Below, piece by piece: positions 37,401 to 43,813 of a stretch of DNA of 64,000 nt. This DNA comes from Oscillospiraceae bacterium (GTDB lineage: Bacteria > Bacillota > Clostridia > Oscillospirales > Ruminococcaceae): the NCBI GenBank assembly GCA_022508825.1, contig JAFLUI010000002.1:14140-78139 (forward strand), in the 5' to 3' direction. Within the stretch, counting starts at the first letter, position 1. Each line of letters starts with the position of its first letter. The notes beneath the pieces were generated by a model. It ran no database searches. It was not told where the DNA came from and worked only from the letters and a program-made list of their open reading frames with translations. The position numbers and the translations under genes were made by a program.

Positions 37401-38288
37401 TTATTTAATCTCTTCGTTAATAAGCTTTGCTAATTCCAACGTTTCGTTAGCCAAGCTACAAATAGAATTTTGCTCATATTCATCCAATTCGGAAAAATTA
37501 ACATTTCTGAATTCATATCTCGCATTATAAAAATCTTTAATAAAAGAATAGTACCATATTGTCTTTTTACTTAAATTTCTTATATTGCTGATACATTTTT
37601 CTATAGATGTTTTGTACTTTTCTAAACATTCCGATGCTCTGAATGACATCTTATCATTCCACCATGTAGAATAAAATCTCCCAAAATAAGCACGATTAGA
37701 TACCGATTTTTGTGCTCTGAGTGTAATGGAACCACCCAAAGCAAATAATGCGTAATTTTTTCCTAATTTTAAGTCAATTAAATTATCATTACTATGAAAT
37801 TCTGAATTAATTACGTTGCCGCCAAACCATACTGACATAAATGATGAAAACGGTCTCCGAGGCAGGGCCTTTCGTTTTGCAAGTCGCTCGAGTCGTGATG
37901 GTCTGTCTAAGTTTAATTTGATAAATTTTTCCGCTTTTTCTGTTAAACCTGTTCCAAAAGTGGTTATAAAACATATATAAGTTTCAAAATCAGGCGACCA
38001 GAAAGGTTGATTATAAAACAATAAAAAAAGTTCCTCATCTATTTCACTTTTAGCATATTCTTCCTTTCCACTAAAAAAATCTACTTGCTCAATGATTGAG
38101 TGTACCATATTTTCAAGATCATATGGTTTATTGGTGATGCTGTTGATCAATCCACAAATTTCTTCTATGCATTGTACAGATTTGATCCTGTATAGGTATA
38201 AGGAATCACAATATGCCATCATTGTATCATAAGCTCGATTATAGTTGCTTACACTATTATTGAATTTTTTATAACCAAAGATATTCAC
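37401..38288 (-). CDS. Hypothetical protein, paralog of gene B lacking the glycine-zipper core (gene A)
   Basis: GTG start with AGGAGG 5 nt upstream. The N-terminal arm (YNRAYDTMMAYCDSLY...CIEEICGLINSITNKP) and the C-terminal arm (...LANETLELAKLINEEIK) align with gene B. Confidence 0.6.
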   Translation of the reverse strand: MNIFGYKKFNNSVSNYNRAYDTMMAYCDSLYLYRIKSVQCIEEICGLINSITNKPYDLENMVHSIIEQVDFFSGKEEYAKSEIDEELFLLFYNQPFWSPDFETYICFITTFGTGLTEKAEKFIKLNLDRPSRLERLAKRKALPRRPFSSFMSVWFGGNVINSEFHSNDNLIDLKLGKNYALFALGGSITLRAQKSVSNRAYFGRFYSTWWNDKMSFRASECLEKYKTSIEKCISNIRNLSKKTIWYYSFIKDFYNARYEFRNVNFSELDEYEQNSICSLANETLELAKLINEEIK

Positions 38289-38442
38289 TATTGCCTCCTG
38301 TAATAGTCTTCCATATTCTGTTCAATTATTACAGCATATCGACTGCTTAATTAGGGCTTTATCAAAGTATACCATATTACAATAGACAATATATGTCATT
38401 CTCAAAAAATTCATATATTATAATTCAGAAACTTATGACATA

Positions 38443-38471
38443 ATTATACACTATTAGCGTAAATATGTCAA
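38443..38471 (-). promoter_or_regulatory. SigA-type promoter of the 4-gene operon
   Basis: On the minus strand: TTGACA (38471-66), a 17-nt spacer, then TATAAT (38448-43). An 8-bp inverted repeat TATGTCAT/ATGACATA (38391-98 and 38434-41) lies just downstream. Confidence 0.5.
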
Positions 38472-38556
38472 GAACTAAATGCCGTTAGCTACAAATTTAT
38501 ATGAAAAGCAAGAGTATTCTTTATTCTATCAGCGTATGATAAAATTACACTAAGAG

Positions 38557-38910
38557 GTGATAGTTTTGAAAAACAGCTTAAATGTAGAGATAGGAAGCAG
38601 GGTACGCCAACAGCGTAAGCTTATAGGATACACCAGAGAACAATTTGCAGAAGCCCTTGATATATCAGAACGTTTCGCAGCTGATATTGAGCTTGGAAAC
38701 AGAGGTATGTCATTTTCAACACTGATACGGCTTTGCAATCTGCTTTCAGTATCATCCGACTATATTCTTATGGGAAAAGAACCAGAAGCCGAGCGTGACC
38801 ATTCTGCAATAGATAAACTTCTTTCCTCCATCGATGACAAATACATCCCTTACACCGAGGACTTGCTGAAAATACTGGTTAAGATCATCAACACCTCCGA
38901 AAAGAAGTAA
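38557..38910 (+). CDS. XRE-family helix-turn-helix transcriptional regulator
   Basis: IGSRVRQQRKLIGYTREQFAEALDISERFAADIELGNRGMSFSTLIRLCNLL is a classic Cro/C1 HTH. The start may be TTG at 38566. Confidence 0.85.
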   Translation: MIVLKNSLNVEIGSRVRQQRKLIGYTREQFAEALDISERFAADIELGNRGMSFSTLIRLCNLLSVSSDYILMGKEPEAERDHSAIDKLLSSIDDKYIPYTEDLLKILVKIINTSEKK

Positions 38911-39025
38911 TGCGCCCTACTAAAAAAGGCAAAGCGATTCCAAGTAAAAGCCGCCCGAAACAGTGTTTCGGGCATTTTTCCTTGTAATACGCTTTGCCTT
39001 TGCTAAAATTATTCTAAAATATCTC

Positions 39026-39054
39026 TTGACAATCTCTAAATTCTATGTAATAAT
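39026..39054 (+). promoter_or_regulatory. Putative SigA-like promoter of the large serine recombinase gene
   Basis: TTGACA (39026-31), then an A/T-rich -10-like TAATAAT 16-18 nt downstream. A nested hairpin terminator at 38925-39003 precedes it. Confidence 0.35.
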
Positions 39055-39084
39055 AAGCAGTAACAGAAATAACGGAGGTAATAT

Positions 39085-40734
39085 ATGAATATTGCAGCAT
39101 ACTGTCGTGTTTCCACCGACAAAGAAGACCAGCTCAACAGTCTTGAAGCTCAGAAGAACTTTTTTACGGAATATACTCAGAACAACGGTCACAACCTTGT
39201 CCGTTTATATGCCGACGAGGGTATCTCCGGAACGAAAATAAAGAACCGCACTGAATTCCTGCGGCTTATGCGGGATGCTAAAAAAGGTCTGTTTGAGATG
39301 GTAGTGGTTAAGGACATCTCCCGTTTTGCCAGAAACACCGTTGACTTCCTCCAGAGTATCCGCCAACTGAAAGCCCTGAATATTGAGACGGTTTTCCTTA
39401 CTGCCAATCAGACAGTCCTTGGAAACTCCGAATTTGTCCTTACGATTTTTGGAGCCCTTGCACAAGAGGAGTCCGCAAACACCTCCAAGCGTATAAAGTT
39501 CGGAAAAAAGATCAACGCCGAAAAGGGACGTGTCCCTAACTTTGTTTTCGGATACGATAAGACCATAGGGGACTATTTCAACCTTACCATCAACGATACT
39601 GAGGCTGCTATTATCCGGGAGATCTTCGATATGTACATCAATGAAGAAATGGGAGCGTCCCGAATTGCCACCACTTTGAATAACCGCGGCATAAAAACAA
39701 AGCGTGGCTACAACTGGACCCAGAATGCCATTGCCCGAATACTTACCAACAGACTTTACATAGGTCAGATTATCAACGGCAAGGAGGAGGTTCAGGACTT
39801 TCTTACAAGCAAGCGTCAGAAGCGGGATGAATCTGACTGGCTAATTATGGAGCGTCCGGAGCTTCAAATAGTTGATACAGATGTTTTTGAGCGTGCTCAG
39901 ACTATTATGGAGAAGCGCAAAAACTCTTTTATCAACAATCATGAACGAAACAGCAGCAGACATCTTTTCAGCACCCTTATCAAGTGCAAAGAGTGCGGAT
40001 ACTCTTTCCGTAGGACAAGCTATAAGGGCAGAAGCCGTTGGGTATGCAGCGTCCGGAACACTCGCGGAACAGACTCCTGTCCCAATGCTGTTGTTATTGA
40101 GGAGGATGTTCTGATAAGTGAGATACAGACCTATTTCGCTGAAATAATAAAGAATAAGAACACCATGATAAAGAATATTAAAGCAGAGTTTGAGCGGGTC
40201 TACAAAAACAGGGACGACAACGAAAGCTATAATGCCGAGCTTACCGAGCGCAGGGACACCCTTGAAAAGAAGCGTCAGAGGTACATGGATATGTACGTTG
40301 ACGAGCTTATAAGCCGTGAAGAGCTTAACGAGAATGTAAAAGGCATTGCCTCTGAGCTTGAAAAGATAAAAAACGAGCTCACCATTACCGAATACAATCT
40401 CAGCCGGGGTGATGTTCTTGAAAAAGTCCTTGCTCAGACCTTCTCCGGAATAGAAAATACCGCTGATGTCTCCTCCATGATTAATGCTCAGCTTAAGCAG
40501 ATCATTAATCGTATAGAGGTAGACAAGGACGGTCACATCGATATTTTCCTTAATCTTTTCGGCGAGATCGGTATTGATGAGTCGTTTCTAATTTGCGACA
40601 ACCATACACAAAGATATAACCGAGAAGCTCCCCGTAGTATGTCCGCAGATGTATCCGGCAGTAAAAGAGGTGCTGGAGATCAACAAGCAGGAGCGGCACA
40701 TACGGGGCGGAATGGCTACAAAACACAAGTATGA
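39085..40734 (+). CDS. Large serine recombinase (resolvase catalytic domain, recombinase domain, zinc ribbon, coiled coil)
   Basis: MNIAAYCRVSTDKEDQLNSLEAQ contains the catalytic Ser. Zn-ribbon cysteines CKECGYSF...WVCS. 549 aa with a GGAGG ribosome-binding site. The ORF crosses attR, so its last 41 codons are encoded by host spoIIID DNA in another frame. Confidence 0.9.
   Translation: MNIAAYCRVSTDKEDQLNSLEAQKNFFTEYTQNNGHNLVRLYADEGISGTKIKNRTEFLRLMRDAKKGLFEMVVVKDISRFARNTVDFLQSIRQLKALNIETVFLTANQTVLGNSEFVLTIFGALAQEESANTSKRIKFGKKINAEKGRVPNFVFGYDKTIGDYFNLTINDTEAAIIREIFDMYINEEMGASRIATTLNNRGIKTKRGYNWTQNAIARILTNRLYIGQIINGKEEVQDFLTSKRQKRDESDWLIMERPELQIVDTDVFERAQTIMEKRKNSFINNHERNSSRHLFSTLIKCKECGYSFRRTSYKGRSRWVCSVRNTRGTDSCPNAVVIEEDVLISEIQTYFAEIIKNKNTMIKNIKAEFERVYKNRDDNESYNAELTERRDTLEKKRQRYMDMYVDELISREELNENVKGIASELEKIKNELTITEYNLSRGDVLEKVLAQTFSGIENTADVSSMINAQLKQIINRIEVDKDGHIDIFLNLFGEIGIDESFLICDNHTQRYNREAPRSMSADVSGSKRGAGDQQAGAAHTGRNGYKTQV
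40585..40630. other. attR (element right arm TTTCTAATTTGCGACAACCATA + CA core + host half-site)
   Basis: See attL. The CA core is at 40607-40608. Confidence 0.75.
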
Positions 40735-40765
40735 GGAAAAATCGCGCAATGCGATCGACGGATAA
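40609..40765 (+). pseudogene. spoIIID: spoIIID 3' segment (codons 43-93 plus stop; no start codon of its own)
   Basis: The frame translates (H)KDITEKLPVVCPQMYPAVKEVLEINKQERHIRGGMATKHKYEEKSRNAIDG*, colinear with B. subtilis SpoIIID HKDLTERLPEINP...VRHLRGGEATKLKYK. Confidence 0.85.
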
Positions 40766-40790
40766 AATTCAGGCAGGTAAGTATATGGGA

Positions 40791-40833
40791 AAGCTCCGTG
40801 AGTCTTTGGACGGCTCACGGAGCTTTTGTATTT
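40791..40833 (+). terminator. Rho-independent terminator after spoIIID
   Basis: AAGCTCCGTGAG (40791-802) pairs with CTCACGGAGCTT (40814-825), followed by TTGTATTT. Confidence 0.7.
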
Positions 40834-40909
40834 GCATTGACAAACCATGCCGCTAAGATATATAATATTTATAGCAATATTAAGTAAATTAAGGAGCCTT
40901 TTTACATGG
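40795..40909 (+). repeat. Copy A of a ~115-bp duplicated hairpin/promoter/leader cassette
   Basis: Near-identical to 41450-41564. Contains TTGACA (40837-42), an 18-nt spacer, TATAAT (40861-66), an AGGAG site and an ATG. Confidence 0.8.
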
Positions 40910-41016
40910 GAACAAATGATAAAAAATCACGTATGCCTCAGATCGGAGAAGCAGTATTTTGCGTTGCGTATATCTGCATGATAAGTATGGGACTGGGACT
41001 TATAGGAAAGATGTAA
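40906..41016 (+). CDS. Small hydrophobic peptide (36 aa), hypothetical
   Basis: MGTNDKKSRMPQIGEAVFCVAYICMISMGLGLIGKM. AAGGAG lies 9 nt upstream, inside cassette copy A. It is unclear whether this is truly coding. Confidence 0.3.
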   Translation: MGTNDKKSRMPQIGEAVFCVAYICMISMGLGLIGKM

Positions 41017-41033
41017 AAGCAGCAGGGTGCAGA

Positions 41034-41426
41034 ATGGAGAATCAAATGATAAAGCTTTTTGATGTATATGTTGATATAACCGACACTATCGGTGTAAAAG
41101 GGAAGCTGCACAATATATGTATGCTTTCCTTTACAGGAGAAGCCAAAGGCAGATATTTTAACGGAAGGGTCATCGGTACGGGTGTTGATACCCAGAATAT
41201 ATCTAAGGATGGACGTATGCTGCTTTCTGCAAGATATATGCTTGAGGGAAAGGACATTGACGGAAATGAATGCCGCTGCTTTATAGAAAACAACGGCAGC
41301 TTTGACGGTGGGTTTACCCCTGAGCTCGTAACGGACAGTCCGGCACTTTCGGAATTTGAAGGTGTCGGGCTTAAAGCTGAAATAGAAACTAAGGAAAACG
41401 GGGTAATTGTTTCAATTTTCGGATAA
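41034..41426 (+). CDS. DUF3237-like small beta-barrel protein
   Basis: About 130 aa. The pattern LFDVYVDIT...GEAKGRYFNGRVIGTGVDTQ...ARYMLEG resembles the DUF3237 family. The start is 41034 or 41046. Confidence 0.5.
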   Translation: MENQMIKLFDVYVDITDTIGVKGKLHNICMLSFTGEAKGRYFNGRVIGTGVDTQNISKDGRMLLSARYMLEGKDIDGNECRCFIENNGSFDGGFTPELVTDSPALSEFEGVGLKAEIETKENGVIVSIFG

Positions 41427-41449
41427 GGGATCAGGCATATGAGAAAGAT

Positions 41450-41564
41450 CCGCGGATGTCCTTGGACGTCTCACGGCTCTTTTGTGTATGCATTGACAAA
41501 CCATGCTGCTAAGATATATAATATTTATAACAATATTAAGTAAGTTAGGAGCTTTTTGTACATG
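41450..41564 (+). repeat. Copy B of the duplicated hairpin/promoter/leader cassette
   Basis: TTGACA (41493-98), an 18-nt spacer, TATAAT (41517-22), an AGGAG site, then the ATG (41562) of the esterase gene. Confidence 0.8.
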
Positions 41565-42215
41565 GAAAAAAAGCGCTTCATATACAAAAGCGGCGAATCA
41601 GACGCTTTGCTGATACAAGCTGTGGACGAACACGAGCTTGAGACCCTTGACCGTGAAGTCGGGCTCATAAAGGAGCTTACAGATACCCCCTTTACCCTTG
41701 CCGCCTTTCTGATAGAGGACTGGAACAGAGAGCTGTCTCCCTGGGAGGCTCCCGCTGTTTTCGGAAAGGAGGATTTCGGCTCAGGAGCGGCGGAAACGCT
41801 GTCCTTCATCACCGGTTCGCTGCTGCCGGAACTGAATGGGACAGGGGACAAGCGCTGTTATATCGGAGGATATTCTCTTGCGGGACTGTTTGCGTTGTGG
41901 GCAGCATACCGGACAGACTTATTCAGAGGGACAGCTGCGGTGTCGCCGTCTGTGTGGTTCCCGGGATGGGACAGCTTTATGGAGTCGGAGACTATACTGT
42001 CGCCCGAAGTGTATCTGAGCCTTGGAAATAAGGAAGAAAAAACAAAAAATAAAGTCATGGCGTCCGTAGGAAATAACATACGCCGTCAGTATGAGCTGCT
42101 CTGCAGTGCGGATACGGTAACAAGATGCGAGCTGGAATGGAATCCGGGCAGTCACTTTGCAGATCCTGAACGGCGGACAGCAAAGGGCTTTGCATGGCTT
42201 CTGAACGGTCAATAG
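41562..42215 (+). CDS. Alpha/beta hydrolase (esterase family)
   Basis: Nucleophile elbow GGYSLAG, about 217 aa. Resembles putative esterases of the enterochelin-esterase/esterase D type. Confidence 0.65.
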   Translation: MEKKRFIYKSGESDALLIQAVDEHELETLDREVGLIKELTDTPFTLAAFLIEDWNRELSPWEAPAVFGKEDFGSGAAETLSFITGSLLPELNGTGDKRCYIGGYSLAGLFALWAAYRTDLFRGTAAVSPSVWFPGWDSFMESETILSPEVYLSLGNKEEKTKNKVMASVGNNIRRQYELLCSADTVTRCELEWNPGSHFADPERRTAKGFAWLLNGQ

Positions 42216-42258
42216 TACATTAGCCAATGAAATTTTTAAATAAGGGGACTGATTTTTT

Positions 42259-43812
42259 ATGAGAAATACTTTAAGACAGCCAGAATGGCTGGATAACGCC
42301 GTATTTTATGAGATATATCCCCAGTCCTTTATGGATTCGGACGGGGACGGCATAGGTGATTTCAAAGGCATCATAAGTAAGCTTGACTATATAAATGAGC
42401 TTGGCTGCAATGCCATCTGGCTCAATCCCTGCTTCAAGTCACCCTTTGGCGACGCAGGATACGACGTGGAGGATTATTTCACCGCCGCTGAAAGGTACGG
42501 TACAAATCAGGACTTATACGATCTCTTTGATGAGGTACATAAAAGAGGGATGCACTGTATCCTTGACCTTGTTCCGGGACATACCGCTGTCACGCATCCA
42601 TGGTTCAGGGAGTCCATGAAGGCGGAAAAGAATGAGTATACCCACCGTTACATATGGACGGATTCCATCTGGGAAAACACCGCTCCCCTTGAATGTATCA
42701 GAGGCATCTCGGACAGGGACGGCTCTGCGGCGGTGAATTTCTTTTCTCATCAGCCTGCCCTGAATTACGGATATTTCCGTCCCGAAAAGCCATGGCAGCA
42801 TCCTATGGATTCAAAGGACGCCCTTGCCACTGCAGGCGCCGTAAAGGAGGTCATGCGCTTCTGGCTCAAAGCAGGCTGCGACGGCTTCCGCGTGGATATG
42901 GCAGGCTCCCTTGTGAAAAACGACAACGAAGCCTCCGACGGCAATGTAGCTCTGTGGCAGAGATTCCGTGAATTTCTGGATGACGAATTTCCGGACGCAG
43001 CAATGATCTCCGAGTGGGGAGAGCCGGACAAGTCCCTCCGGGGCGGCTTCCACATGGATTTCCTCCTGCATTTCGGACCCTCCCATTACAACGACCTGTT
43101 CAGATGCGAAGAGCCCTATTTCTCGTCCCGGGGCAAGGGAGATATAGAGTCATTCCTGAAAAAATACACAGAGAACTATGAAAAGACAAACGGCAGGGGA
43201 CTTATCTGCATCCCCTCGGGAAATCACGATATGGACAGAATGAGAAGGCATCTTGACCCGGAGGAAATGAAGCTCGCATTTGCATTTCTGCTTACCGTGC
43301 CGGGAGCCCCGTTTATTTATTACGGGGACGAGATAGGTATGCGCTATGTGGAGAATGTTGTCTCGGTGGAGGGCGGATACGGCAGGACAGGCTCCCGTTC
43401 TCCTATGCAGTGGGACGGCAGCGCAAATGCAGGATTTTCATCGGCGGCTCCCGATAAGCTTTATGTCCCCATAGACCCCTCTCCCGACCGTCCCGCTGTC
43501 AGCGCTGAAATGGACGATGAAAACTCCCTCAGAAGCGAGATAAAGCGTCTGATAGCTTTCAGACAGGCTCACCCTGCGCTCAGGAGCAGGGGAGGGATAC
43601 GGTTTGTCACCGTTAAAGGCTATCCGCTGGTCTATGAGCGTTCATGGGAAAGCGAAAAGCTTCTGGTAATTGTCAATCCGTCCGATAAGGCGGCAGACTT
43701 TGAATATGCTGCAAAGCTCGGAAAGACACTGTATAAATATGGGGGAGATATTTCACAAAATGGAGATACTGTGACCGTTTCAGGGGGGACATTTGCGGTA
43801 ATGGAGGTGTAA
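42259..43812 (+). CDS. GH13 alpha-glucosidase / oligo-1,6-glucosidase-like glycoside hydrolase
   Basis: GH13 conserved regions DLVPGH, GFRVDMAG, ISEWGE and SGNHDMDR. N-terminal YEIYPQSFMDSDGDGIGD. No signal peptide. Confidence 0.85.
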   Translation: MRNTLRQPEWLDNAVFYEIYPQSFMDSDGDGIGDFKGIISKLDYINELGCNAIWLNPCFKSPFGDAGYDVEDYFTAAERYGTNQDLYDLFDEVHKRGMHCILDLVPGHTAVTHPWFRESMKAEKNEYTHRYIWTDSIWENTAPLECIRGISDRDGSAAVNFFSHQPALNYGYFRPEKPWQHPMDSKDALATAGAVKEVMRFWLKAGCDGFRVDMAGSLVKNDNEASDGNVALWQRFREFLDDEFPDAAMISEWGEPDKSLRGGFHMDFLLHFGPSHYNDLFRCEEPYFSSRGKGDIESFLKKYTENYEKTNGRGLICIPSGNHDMDRMRRHLDPEEMKLAFAFLLTVPGAPFIYYGDEIGMRYVENVVSVEGGYGRTGSRSPMQWDGSANAGFSSAAPDKLYVPIDPSPDRPAVSAEMDDENSLRSEIKRLIAFRQAHPALRSRGGIRFVTVKGYPLVYERSWESEKLLVIVNPSDKAADFEYAAKLGKTLYKYGGDISQNGDTVTVSGGTFAVMEV

Positions 43813-43813
43813 A

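Larger units (their letters stand above)
21085..40608. mobile_element. ~19.5 kb integrated element splitting spoIIID (skin-like intervening element / integrative mobilizable element) with a large serine recombinase at its right end
   Basis: A split host gene flanks the element. A CA core is present at both junctions (21085-86 and 40607-08). The 22-nt terminal inverted repeats match at 20/22 positions. The recombinase gene abuts attR. Composition is strongly AT-shifted and mosaic relative to the flanks (judged by eye). Confidence 0.85.

Noticed and set aside
21085-40608. Whether the inserted element is a prophage.
   Set aside because: I recognised no capsid, portal, terminase, tail or lysis genes. 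The content is a recombinase, an XRE regulator, a mob remnant and cargo genes, so I call it an integrative or intervening element rather than a prophage.
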